From an uncultured Gammaproteobacteria bacterium (GTDB lineage Bacteria > Pseudomonadota > Gammaproteobacteria > UBA9214), in NCBI GenBank assembly GCA_963773065.1, contig CAVYZN010000008.1:160001-224000 (forward strand): a stretch of DNA of 64,000 nucleotides, given 5' to 3'. The notes below the pieces were generated by a model. That model searched no databases, had not been told where the DNA came from, and saw only the letters and a program-made list of their open reading frames with translations. Shown one piece after another: positions 38,560-50,169 of the stretch. Both the position numbers and the translations under genes were made by a program. Within the stretch, counting starts at the first letter, position 1. Each line of letters opens with the position of its first letter.

Positions 38560-38693
38560 CGGGTGACATGACTCGTGATGGTCTTGCTAACGGGTCCGTC
38601 GTTGCCTTTTCTATAGATAAATCCGCGATAGCCGATAGCACCGGTGTGAATTTTCAGTTGATTTCCGGTGAGTTGTCTATAGGCAGATCCTAT

Positions 38694-40989
38694 ATGAGCA
38701 CAAACAGAAAGAGTCCCTCAGATGGCTATGAAGGTTTGAGTCTGCCGCGCCGGCTGGTTGCCATAACCTTTGTTATCTGCGCGCTGTGGTACCTCGGCTG
38801 GCGCGCCACGACGCTGAACCCGGAGGCTTATATCTTCTCCTGGGTGCTCTATGGCGCGGAATTGTTCGGCTTTCTTACCGCGATGCTGCACCTGTTCATG
38901 ACCTGGCGGCTGACCGTGCGGAACTCACCCGTCGTTCCCGCGGGCATGAGCGTCGATGTCTTCATACCCACTATCAACGAATCCGCAGCGATCGTCCGCC
39001 GCACCCTGATGGCGGCCCGGCACATGGACTACCCGCACGAGACCTGGCTGCTCGATGACGGCAACCGTCCGGAGATGGCGCGGCTCGCCGCGGAACTAGG
39101 CTGCCCGGTATCTGGCGCGGGGCGACAACCGGCATGCCAAAGCCGGCAACCTCAACCATGCGCTCGCACAGAGTCAGGGCGAGTTTATAGCGATTTTCGA
39201 CGCCGATCATGCCCCGCAGCGCCATTTCCTGGAGCGTACGCTGGGCTACTTCGCCGATGAGAAGGTCGCCTTCGTCCAGACGCCGCAGGACTTCTACAAC
39301 CTGGATTCCTACCAGCACCGGCGCAACAAGGACGGCCGCCAGGTGTGGACCGAGCAGTCGCTGTTCTTCCGAGTCATCCAGCGCGGCAAGGATTACTGGA
39401 ATGCCGCCTTCTTCTGCGGGAGCTGCGCCGTCCTGCGGCGCAGCGCGCTGGAAACTATCGGCGGCTTCGCCACGGAAACCGTCACCGAGGACCTGCACAC
39501 CTCCCTGCGGCTGCATATGCAGGGCTTCCGGTCGGTGTACCATGGAGAGTCGCTCGCCTTCGGGCTGGCCCCCGATACCTTCAGCGCCTTTCTCGGGCAG
39601 CGGGTGCGCTGGGGCGAGGGGGCCATGAAGGTATGGCGCACCGAAGGCATTTTGTTCAACCGCCGTTTGAACCTGGCGCAGCGGATCAATTACTTTGCCT
39701 CCGTGCTGACCTACTTCGACGGCTGGCAGAAAATGGCCTTCTATGTCGCCCCGGCGATCGTTTTGGTAACCGGCAAGTTGCCGATCTTTACCACCGCGGA
39801 GAACTTCCTGCTGCACTTCCTTCCCTATTTCCTGCTGACCCTATGGGTCTTCGAGGAGGTTGGGCGCGGCTACAGCAGTTTCGTGACCATAGAGCAATAC
39901 AACATGGCGCGCTTTGTCGCGTTTGCGCGCGCCACCCTGGGCTGGGTGACCGGCGGCAGGAAGTTCCGGGTCACCCCCAAGGGCGTCCCGGCGAATATGC
40001 TCGAGCAAATCCGGATCATTCCGCAATACCTGGTGCTTGCGCTCAATCTGTACGCCATCCCGATCGGCTATCTTGTTCTACCAGAAGAATGCATGGCTGC
40101 CCGCGGGTGGCGTCGCCGCCAATATCGTGTGGGCGTCCATCAATGCCCTGCTGGCCTATTCCGTGGTGACCTTCACGATTCAGCGGAAACTAGCAGCGGG
40201 CGGAATACCGCTTTGGCGTGCCCGTGCCGGCGAGGATCAGGCAGAAAGAGGCATGGGTCTACGGCACCGTCGACGATATATCCTCGGCCGGTCTCAGGCT
40301 CCATGCGCGTCTCTCCGATGACCGCCTGCCCGGCGAGAGTCTGCAGGGACAGCTCTGGTTGCCGGGGTCCTGCCTGCCCTTCGAGGCGACGATCAAGCGG
40401 CTGATTACCAGCCATGATCGAGGGTGTCATCACGTCAAGGCCTATGGTCTTGAATTCAACTGGCGGGATCAGGCGCAGCGGGATCAACTGGACCGGTTCC
40501 TGTATGGTTCGGAACTGCAGTGGCATGTACAGGAACTGCAGGAAACCAGCCGCACCCCGCTGCAATGGCTGGGCGAGTATCCTCTCCAGGCCCTGGGATT
40601 TCGCCCGGCGTATGTCTCCCTGCTGGGAAGCCTTCGTGTATACCCTACCCGGCGGTGGAACCGAGGATGAAGCCATCGGCCTGATCAGGGCCGGCAGGGA
40701 GAAGCCTGCCGCACCGACACTGCTCCTCTATCATCCGCTCAAACCCGGCGCCCTGATCACGGGGCGCGTCATTACCCCCATGAACGAGGAACACCTGACG
40801 CTGTGCGCCACCACGGTCAAAGAACTCGAATCCCCGCTCACCCCCGTCTTTCTGATCGGCGCCTCGGTGCCTGAGATCCGCCACGACGAAGCGCAGGCGT
40901 ACAAGGTGCGCAGACTCTCCGGCGCGCAGGCACGCAAACCGGCAATGGACGCAGCCGCGCAGGCAGGCGGCAAGCGGGGCGTATCATGA
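38694..40989 (+). CDS. Cellulose synthase-like GT2 with PilZ-like domain (several frameshifts)
   Basis: VDVFIPTINE, LLDDG, HAKAGNLN, DAD, TED, QRVRW; DISSAG. Confidence 0.85.
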
Positions 40990-41678
40990 GCCCGGCACGG
41001 CTTTTATTGCTGTGCCTGCTGCTCGCAACGGGCACGCAGGCCGGGGCTGAGGGCAAGCTGGCGCTCGCCGGGGCGGAGTACGGCGTTGACAATGCCTACT
41101 ATTATGCCGGCCTACTCGTGCCCTTCCCCGGCAGCGATCTCGGCAACGGGTTCGTCCAGCGCTAATGGGTCGACTGGCTGCGCTATGAATACGACAACGG
41201 CAATGAGACCGTAACGGCGAAAGCCCCCGGCGCCGCCGTGGCGCTGGGCTATTCAAGATCCGCCGAAGCGGGATCCATCGGCGTCTATGCCGGTCCGGTC
41301 TATCGCAACACCAGCCTCTCGCCCGATGACCGCGACAGCGACGTGCGCGGCGGGCAATGGGGCGTCAACTTGAGCCTGCAGGGCGAGCGCAAACTCGATG
41401 AACGCTGGCGCGCCAATGGCATCGCGAGCTACACCACCGGCACGGCCTCCTACTGGACGCGCGCGCGACTGACCAGAAAAATTGATAGCCACCACGAGAT
41501 CGGCATGGAGGCCATCGCCCACGGCAACGACGACTACACCGCCTGGCAGGCCGGCCTCGTGATGCTCGGCTTCCAGCCGGCGCCGCACACCTCGCTCGGA
41601 TTCAAGGCCGGCACCAGAAAAACCAGCGGCGAAGACTTCTCCGGTTACCTCGGCATCGAACTGGCGCGGGATTTCTAG
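40986..41678 (+). CDS. BcsS-like outer-membrane beta-barrel (in-frame TAA at 41163)
   Basis: Signal peptide, alternating beta strands, C-terminal Phe; ATGA overlap with the GT2 gene. Confidence 0.65.
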
Positions 41679-41771
41679 CACTGCTGGAGTGAAGGGAGTC
41701 GCCTGGAAGAGATGGCGGCGATATACGTAGAAACCGAAACACGACCTTAAGGGGCAGCCTTAAGCTGTCCC

Positions 41772-41806
41772 CAGACAAAAGCCCCTCATCCAGGGGCTTT
41801 TGTCTG
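41772..41806. terminator. Bidirectional rho-independent terminator
   Basis: cagacaaaagcccct-catcc-aggggcttttgtctg. Confidence 0.8.
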
Positions 41807-41904
41807 TCCAGTGCAAGCCAGGTTTGTTTTTCCTTTTAGGCCATGCTATATGGCGTCAAGCGATTGATTTCATATGAGTCAATTTTTAAAAATGACCGAA
41901 AAGT

Positions 41905-41947
41905 CATAAGACAAACCCGACTTTTTAGCCCTCTAATTAGTAGCGAC
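41905..41947 (+). other. Possible integron attI-like site
   Basis: cataagacaaacccgactttttagccctctaattagtagcgac in an AT-rich tract directly before a cassette-like ORF; GTT core degenerate. Confidence 0.35.
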
Positions 41948-41960
41948 ATGAGTGAGCGCA

Positions 41961-42514
41961 ATGCCTGATCCTGACCCGACTTGGCTAGATTACCTCTCGG
42001 CGATCGGGGCCATCACGACACCTATTCTCGTGCTCGGTCTCACCGCAATGGGTTGGAAGATCCGCCACGGCCTAGAACGGCGCTTCGACCTTGATGCGAA
42101 ACTTCGCGAAGATCGGATCACCGCCTACAACGAGATCCTCGAGCCTTTCATCATCCTACTCATGTCGGACCCTGCATGGAAGGCGGATCCCAAAAACAAG
42201 GGCAAAGACAAGAACCAACTTGCCATGCAGACGATGCTTTCGCTGGCATATCGGCGACATGCATTCAAGTTATCTCTCGTTGGCGCTGACAGCGTGGTTA
42301 AAAGGCCTACAACAACCTCATGCAGCACGTCTTTCATCGTGGTGATGGCGATGCGGCCGACGGTACGGCCAGATCAGATCCCCGGGAACTCATAGGACTG
42401 CTTGGCAGCTTTCTGCTTGAGATTCGGAAGAGCATGGGAAATGAGACAACCACCCTCGATAGATGGAACATGCTAGAGTGGTTTCTCACGGACGCGAGAA
42501 CGATGCGGGTATAA
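41961..42514 (+). CDS. Cassette-like hypothetical protein with N-terminal TM (frameshift ~42302)
   Basis: Joined reading ...LVGADSVVK/AYNNLMQ...LLEIRKSMGNETT. Confidence 0.7.
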
Positions 42515-42574
42515 ACAAACCGATGTAGCCAGACTGCGGCTACACCGCCGCCGCTGATCGGCATGGCGTTGCTG
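42509..42574 (+). other. attC-like recombination site
   Basis: Stop codon overlapping TAA(A)C; ccgat(g)tagc / gctgatcgg arms with extra base; GTT at 42568. Confidence 0.55.
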
Positions 42575-42579
42575 AGGGT

Positions 42580-42807
42580 TAAAGGGGCCAGGCTCGATTT
42601 AACTCGTGGTAGCATACGCGATGGCGATCAACCAGAGCCAGCCCTCGGGCAATTGACGCTTCTATGCCCGGATAGAGTGCATGACCGGGCAACGGCGTGA
42701 GGCGAAGCCGCGTGGCAGGTCAAGGCTGAAGGAGACCACGAACGATGCGCCGCTACAGGGCAAGGCGAGTCGGGGGGATCGAGAAAAACGCGAGCATGGT
42801 CCCTTTA
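42580..42807 (+). mobile_element. RAYT-like transposase C-terminal remnant with terminal IRs (copy 1)
   Basis: aaaggggccaggctcg/cgagcatggtcccttt; encodes INQSQP.G..RFYARIE.MTGQRREAKPRGR. Confidence 0.65.
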
Positions 42808-43048
42808 GTACATCCCGTTGATCTACTGGGCTGCGATGAATCAGAACTTGCTGGTCTGCGCCTTAATAATCGGCATCATGGTCTGGCTCCCCGTTTCATG
42901 ACGCGATGCACGGCCACCCTGCGCTCGAGCGGACGCCTGGAAGCGTGATTGATGTGCGTTTGACACCGTGCTCTTTCAACCACAGTTGTCGCACCACACA
43001 GACCGAGCGTTATAACCCTTGACAAACCCCGGTGGAATAGGAAAACGA

Positions 43049-45591
43049 ATGGCCAATAAGGAAGCTACAGCCCGCATCAAGATCAACAAGCTGCTCGAAG
43101 CGGCTGGCTGGCGTTTCTTCGCGGAGGGAAAGCGCGCCCGCCAACATCCGCCTTGAGCCCAGCGTGACGATCAAGTCATCCGACCTGGAAGCACTCGGCG
43201 AGAACTTCGAGAAGACCAGCAAGGGCTTCATCGACTTCCTGTTGCTCGATGAGAAAGGCTTCCCGCTCATCGTCCTTGAGGCCAAGTCGGAGGACAAGAA
43301 CCCGCTCGTCGGCAAGGAGCAGGCCCGCAAATACGCCAAGTCCCAGAACTGCCGCTTCGTCATCCTCTCCAACGGCAACCTGCACTACTTCTGGGACCTT
43401 GAGCGCGGCAACCCCTACATCATCACGTCCTTCCCTACGCCCGACTCGGTGATCGGCTACCAGCAGGTCACGCCCAACCCGCAGCGCCTCGATCGAGGAA
43501 CAGGTCGGCGACGACTACATCGTGCTCACCCAGCGCCCGAACTACCAATCCGAAGCGGCGTGGCGAAACGAGGCCGAGCGCCCCGGCTACATCCAGGCCA
43601 ACAAACTGCGCTTTCTTGCGGCCCTATCAGTTGAAGGCCATCCACGCCCTGCAGCGGGCCGTCAAGGACGGCAAAGACCGCTTCCTGTTCGAGATGGCCA
43701 CCGGCACCGGCAAGACCCTCACCGCCGCCGCCGTCATCAAGCTCTTCCTCCGCTCCGGCAATGCCCGCCGCGTGCTGTTCCTGGTGGATCGCCTCGAACT
43801 GGAGGACCAGGCCAAGAAGGCCTTCGCCGCGCTGCTGTCCGCCGACTTCCAGACGGTGATCTACAAGGAGAACCGGGACGACTGGCGGCGCGCCGAGATT
43901 GTCGTCACCACCGTGCAGTCGCTGCTCTTCAACAACAAGTACCAGAAGCTCTTCTCGCCACCGATTTCGACCTGGTCATCTCCGACGAAGCGCACCGCTC
44001 CATCGGCGGCAACGCCCGCGCCGTCTTCGACTACTTCATCGGCTACAAGCTCGGCCTCACCGCCACGCCGCGCGACTACCTCAAGCGGTTCGACAGCTCG
44101 AATCCCGGCACCCGCGACCCGCGCGAGGCCGAGCGCCGCCTGCTGCTGGACACCTACCGCACCTTCGGCTGCGAGAACAGCCAGCCCACCTTCCGCTACT
44201 CCCTGCTCGACGGCGTGAAGGATGGCTACCTCATCAACCCGACCGTGGTGGACGCCCGCACCGAGATCACCACCGAACTCTCTCCGAAGAGGGCTTCGTC
44301 GTCTCGTTCACCGACGAACCGGCGAAGATCAGCAGCAAACCTTCAAGCAACGCGAGTTCGAAAAGCGTTTCTTCTCCGACGCCACCAACCAGCTCTTCTG
44401 CAAGACCTTCCTCGAAAACGCCCTGCGCGACCCGGTCAGCGGCGAAATCGGCAAGTCCATCATCTTCGCCGTCAGCCAGAACCACGCCGCCAAGCTGGCG
44501 CAGATCCTCAACCAGATGGCCGACCGCATGTTCCCCGGCAAGTACCAGTCCGACTTCGCCGTGCAGGTCACCTCGCAGATCCCCGACGCCCAGCAGTTCA
44601 CCATCAACTTCAGCCAACAACAACCTGCTCGGCTCGGCCAACTTCCTGCCCGCCTACAAGACCAGCAAGGCCCGCGTCTGCGTACGGTTGGCATGATGAC
44701 CACCGGCTACGACTGCACCGACATCCTCAACCTCGGCCTCTTCCGTCCGATTTTCTCGCCCACCGATTTCATCCAGATCAAGGGGCGCGGCACCCGCAAG
44801 CACGATTTCCTCGAAGCAACTCTTCGACGACAGCCTCAAGGACGGCGTTCAGCAGCCGCAGAAGACGGCCTTCAAGCTCTTCGACTTCTTCGCCAACTGC
44901 GAGTACTTCGAGGAAGAGTTCAACTACGACGAAGTGCTGAAGCTCCCCCGGCCCCAGAGCAAGGGCCGCGATGACGGCGGCGGCACAGGCCCCGTGATCG
45001 TCGGCGGCACCTACGAGCACCTGGGCGCGGACATCCTCGCCACGATCAAGGAAGAGATCATCGGCTACGAGGGTATGAAGATCGACCGCATGTTCTTCGA
45101 GAAATTCGAGGACACCGTGCGCGAGAATGACGACCATCGCGCAAGCGGTCGAAGCCGGGCAGTGGGATCGCGTCATCGACTACGTCAACCGCGAGGTCTT
45201 CGACAAACCCGAGGAGTACTACACCCTCGACAAGCTGCGCAAAGCCGCCGCCGTGGATCGCCGCCTGACGCTGCGCGAAATCCTCGAAAAGATCTTCGGC
45301 CTCATCCCGCGCTTCAAGTCCAAGGACGAGCTGCTGGAAGAAGAGTTCGCCAAGTTCGTCGCCGATACCAAGCCCGAAGAGGCCGACGGCCATCCCGGCC
45401 ATCAAGACCTACTTCAAGGCCTACGTCACCAGCGACCCGTCCGCGCACATCATCGAGAGCGGCAATTCACCGACCTGGCGACCAATCCGTACTTTTCCAC
45501 CCGCGACTTCAAGGCCGTACCCGCAAAGTACCGCACACTCATCCCCGAATACGTAAAGGATTACGTCACCTTGAACCAGTTCATTCCCTGA
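43049..45591 (+). CDS. hsdR: Type I restriction enzyme R subunit (EcoEI-like; many frameshifts)
   Basis: DFLL..LEAK nuclease, MATGTGKT, DEAHRS, GLTATP, TGYD, QIKGRGTR. Confidence 0.9.
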
Positions 45592-45607
45592 GGCTCAAGG
45601 AGGAGTC

Positions 45608-46440
45608 ATGAAGACAACAAAAACCATTATCAATGTAGAAGGAACCGCAATCACGGTTCTCAGCCAGGCTAGTGACGACTATATTTCCCTGACGGACATC
45701 GCCAAGCACAAAGAACCGGGGCGATCTGATCAGGTCATCCAGAATTGGATAGAGAAACGCAATACGATTGAGTTTTTGGGGGATGGGAGCGTCTGAATAA
45801 CGTCGAGTTCAACCCCCTCGAATTCGATGGGTTTAAAACAGGGCTGGACTCAACAGCTTTGTCCTGACACCAGCGACAATGGATAGACACGACCCATGCC
45901 AGCGGACTGGTCTCTAAGTCGGGACGTTACGGCGGCACCTACGCCCACAGAGACATCGCCTTTGAATTCGCCTCCTGGATATCGAGTCGAGTTCAAGCTC
46001 TACCTCATCAAGGAATTCCAGCGCCTCAAGGACGACGAAAACCGCCGCCTCTCCCTCGCCTGGAATCTCAACCGCACCCTCTCCAAGCTCAACTACCGCA
46101 TCCACACCGATGCCATTCAAGGCGCACCTGATTCCCGCCGACGGTCACCCCGACGCAGGCCGCCATCACCTACGCCAACGAGGCGGACCTGCTCAACGTC
46201 GCCCTCTTCGGCCAGACCGCCAGACAATGGCGCGACGCCAACCCCAAGCTCGAAGGCAACATGCGCGATCACGCCACCATCGAGCAATTGCTGGTGCTGG
46301 CCAACATCGAAGGCATGAACGCCGAGTTCATTCACATGGGGCTGCCACAGGGCGAACGCCTCAAACGCCTCAACGAGATCGCCATCCGCCAGATGCAGGT
46401 GTTGACCTCAACGTCTGCAATCAAACAACTCAAAGCATAA
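45608..46440 (+). CDS. KilA-N domain protein (frameshifted)
   Basis: DYISLTDIAK, NTIEFLG, GRYGGTYAHRDIAFEFASW, KLYLIKEFQRLK, YANEADLLN. Confidence 0.85.
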
Positions 46441-46444
46441 TCCT

Positions 46445-49008
46445 TTGCTCGACACCGATACCAAACGCCGCATCGACACCGCCCGCGACATCCTCGTCGG
46501 CAAGGTCCCCGATCCCAAGATCCCAGGTCGAGCAGATCACCATCGCACTGATCTACAAGTTCATGGACGACATGGACGCCGAGAGCCGAGGAACTCGGCG
46601 GCAAGCGCAAGTTCTTCACCGGCGAGTTCGCCCGCTACGGCTGGGCCAAGCTCATGCGCTCCGGCCTCGGCGGCCATGAGATGCTCGACCTCTACGCCGA
46701 GGGCATCACCAAGATGCCCGAGAACCCCGGCATCCCGCCGCTCTTCCGCGACATCTTCAAGAACGCCTACCTGCCCTACCGCGACCCCGAGACGCTCAAG
46801 GCCTTCCTCAAGATCATCGACGAGTTCAGCTACGACCACAGCGAGCGCCTCGGCGATGCCTTCGAGTATCTGCTCTCCGTCCTCGGCTCGCAGGGCGATG
46901 CCGGACAGTTCCGCACCCCGCGCCACATCATCGATTTCATGGTCGACGGTCATCGACCCGAAGAAGACCGAGACCGTGCTCGACCCCGCCTGCGGCACCG
47001 CCGGATTCCTCATCTCGTCCTACAAGCATATCCTCAAGGCCAACACCGACGCGAAGGGCAACAGCGACCCTGACGCCCGACGAAAAGGGCCGCCTCGCCC
47101 AGAACTTCAAGGGCTACGACATCTCGCCCGACATGGTGCGCCTGTCGCTGGTGAACCTGTATCTGCACGGCTTCACCGACCCGCACATTTACGAATACGA
47201 CACCCTCACCAGCCGAGGACCGCTGGAACGAATTCGCCGACGTCATCCTCGCCAACCCGCCCTTCATGTCGCCGAAAGGCGGCATCAAGCCCCACAAGCG
47301 CTTCTCCATCCAGGCCAAGCGCAGCGAAGTCCTCTTCGTGGACTACATGGCCGAGCACCTCACGCCCACCGGCCGCGCCGGCATCATCGTCCCCGAGGGC
47401 ATCATCTTCCAGAGCCAGACCGCCTACAAAGACCTGCGGAAGATGCTCGTCGAAAACTCCCTCGTCGCCGTCGTCTCCCTCCCGGCGGGCTGTTTCAATC
47501 CCTACTCCGGGCGTGAAAACCTCGCATCCTCATCCTCGACAAATCCCTCGCCAGGCAGAGCGACACCATCGCCTTCTTCAAAGTGGAAAACGACGGCTTC
47601 GGCCTCGGTGCCCAGCGCCGCGCCATCGAAAAGAACGACCTCCCGCAGGTACAGGCCGAACTCGACGCCTACCTGCAAGCCCTCCGCAGCCAGCAAGCCA
47701 CCGCCGACTTCCAGCCCACCTGCGGGCTGATCGTGCCGAAAGAAAAGATCGCCGCGAATGGCGACTACAACCTCAGCGGCGAGCGGTATCGGGAGAGTGG
47801 CGCCGTATCACGTCGAATCCCGCTTGTCACGATTGAGCGATGTCTGCTGAAATCACGTAAGGCCGGTTCGCCAATCCCAGCCGGGCATATCACGTATTTG
47901 TCGAATTACATCCGCATGGTCGGACATCAATCGAGACCGATGGCAAGTTTCAGCCTCGGCGAAGAAATGCAGCACTGACGAGGATTCGACGAGCTGAGCG
48001 CCTAGCGTTCGAGCACGGTGACGTTCTGATGTCCACTGTCCGCCCAGATCTGAAACGGCATTGCAGGTTCGCATCGAGATCTCCTGAACGGGATCGGCTT
48101 CGATCACAGCGAGTTCAACGTAATAAGCGCCAGACGTGAGATTTGCTCGCGGGATTTCTTCTGCGCATGCACCAAAAGTCAGTGACGCAGCAGATGACGG
48201 GATGGCCGGCACAGGCGGGCTATCGCGTATCAATCGCGACTAATCGTGGAGACTCCAAATCCCCCTGCCGCCGCTGGAGGTGCAGAAGGAGATCGTGGCG
48301 GAGATCGAGGGCTACCAGAAAGTCATCAACGGCGCCCGCGCCGTCCTCGACCACTACCGCCCCCACATCCCCATCCACCCCGACTGGCCGATGGTGGAGC
48401 TTGGAGATCATTTGCGACAATCGACGCGATGGAAATTCACGTCACAAAAGCGAACCGAGGTTTTGGATGGGCAGTACCTTGTCATCCAAGACATGTAATA
48501 GCCGACATCATCGAGGTCAACGATGGATCACATCTCAGATGCGCAGCTCATTGAAGCGAAGTCGCGAGCAAAGATGCTGTCACGCCGAGGACGTTGTCTG
48601 GTAATCAGGACCGGTAGCCGAGCATTCATCGGGATGGCCGGCAATCTCTGAGTCGACGATCTGTGCATTCAGATCAGGACATTGTCGCGATTCAGAACCC
48701 GCAATAGATGTGACACTCCTAAGTTTCTGTTCTATCGCGCTGAACGCCAGAAGTCAAGGTCTTCGACATCGAAGATCAAGAGGTGGAGTGACGATGCAGA
48801 ACTTCAACGCAACAGATTCTATCGATATTCAGAATTCCCCTCCCACCCCTCGCCACGCAGCAAGCCATCGTCGCCGAGATCGAAGCCGAGCAAGCGCTGG
48901 TCGCCGCCAACCGCGAACTGATCGCCCGCTTCGAGAAAAAAATCCAGGCCACCCTCGCCCGCGTGCTGGGGCGAGGATGAGCCCGATGGAGGAACTCCTA
49001 GACCATGA
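46445..49008 (+). CDS. Fused N6-adenine methyltransferase + specificity subunit (frameshifted; TRDs garbled)
   Basis: GQFRTPRH, DPACGTAGF, ANPPF; then IPLPPLEVQKEIVAEIE and QQAIVAEIEAEQ repeats. Confidence 0.85.
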
Positions 49009-49924
49009 ACCTTCAACAGGCCTACTACGAACAGAAGTTTGAGAACGCTTTCCTCCGGGCGAAGGGAGATGCGTTTCAAGACCTTCTTCGAGAGGCTGAT
49101 GGGATTTGGCCTACAAGGCCGATTTCATGGCCTGCCGTCCGTGGGGCAACCAGGGCGACCGCAAGAACGACGGTTTTCTCAAATCGGAGCGGCGTCTGTT
49201 CCAGGTCTATGCCCCCAACGAGATGATGCGAGGCCAAGGCCATCGCGAAGATTCAGGAGGACTTTGAGGGGGCTAAGGAGTTCACTGGGGCAAGCATTTC
49301 GATAAATGGGTTTTCGCCCACAACGCCATGGACGGTATTCCGCCGCATGTGCAAAAAGTGTTACTCGACTTTGAGAAAGCGAACCCCGGAATCATAGCTG
49401 GAACCCTGGGGATTGGAGGAATTTCGCTTGGTCTTCCGCAAGTTGTCTCTGGACGATCTGCAGTCATGGTTTGGGCCTGCGGCACCAACCGAGGAGACCG
49501 AAGATGAGGTTGGGATTTCAACGACTTACAGGTGGTGCTGGAAACTATCGCCGGACCGGGCAGTGCCGACATCGCAAGAGTGAAGGAAGTTCCAATGGGG
49601 AAGATCGAGGCGAACGCTTTGTCAGAGAGCGTAGCCACATTGTTAAAGGCGGGCATGGTGAAAGCGCCGTTAGTAGAGTCATTTTTCACGCAATGGCATG
49701 ACGAAACGTTCGGCGAACGTCATCGCTGAGTCATTCAGAGCCAAGATATCTGGAGTTGCGCAGCGCAATTTCGACCCAATCGATCTCTTCGCGGAGCTTC
49801 AGTCTTGGGCGGCAGGTGACGGGCGAGGCTCTCCCGAACACGAATTGGCAGTGTTTAACCGTGATCGCCTACTACTTTGAACGCTGCGATATCTTCGAAG
49901 AACCGCGGAGAACCCGTATTATGA
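49005..49924 (+). CDS. Lamassu/ABC-three-component effector (nuclease-like N-terminus + CTD), frameshifted
   Basis: GNQGDRKNDG..FQVYAP; C-terminal IAYYFERCDIFE. Confidence 0.75.
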
Positions 49925-50169
49925 TTCTGCCATCCAAACATCTTCACCAAGATCGCGCCCTCCTCACGGTGGGGGCGCGCATATTGCAGCACTTGTACCA
50001 ACCGAAGACGATTTCCGCGCTTTGGGAAGAACTGCCGCGCAAAGATGCCGAAGCACTGAAGGTAACACCGCCCCTCCGCTACGACGGATTTGTTCTTGCT
50101 CTCGATCTGCTCTTTATGGTCGGAGCTATCGAGCTTCACGAGGGTCTTCTGGGTCGGAAAGCGCCATGA
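49921..50169 (+). CDS. ABC-three-component middle component (LmuC-like)
   Basis: MILPSKHL..RALLTVGARIL..TISALWEE..YDGFVLALDLL. Confidence 0.8.
   Translation: MILPSKHLHQDRALLTVGARILQHLYQPKTISALWEELPRKDAEALKVTPPLRYDGFVLALDLLFMVGAIELHEGLLGRKAP

Noticed and set aside
41163-41165. Stop-codon readthrough or recoding in the BcsS-like gene
   Set aside because: TAA at a likely Tyr (TAC) position; a single substitution or error suffices.
49756-50169. Effector-middle component fusion in Lamassu
   Set aside because: Region is dense in indels; ATG at 49921 gives a normal standalone middle component.
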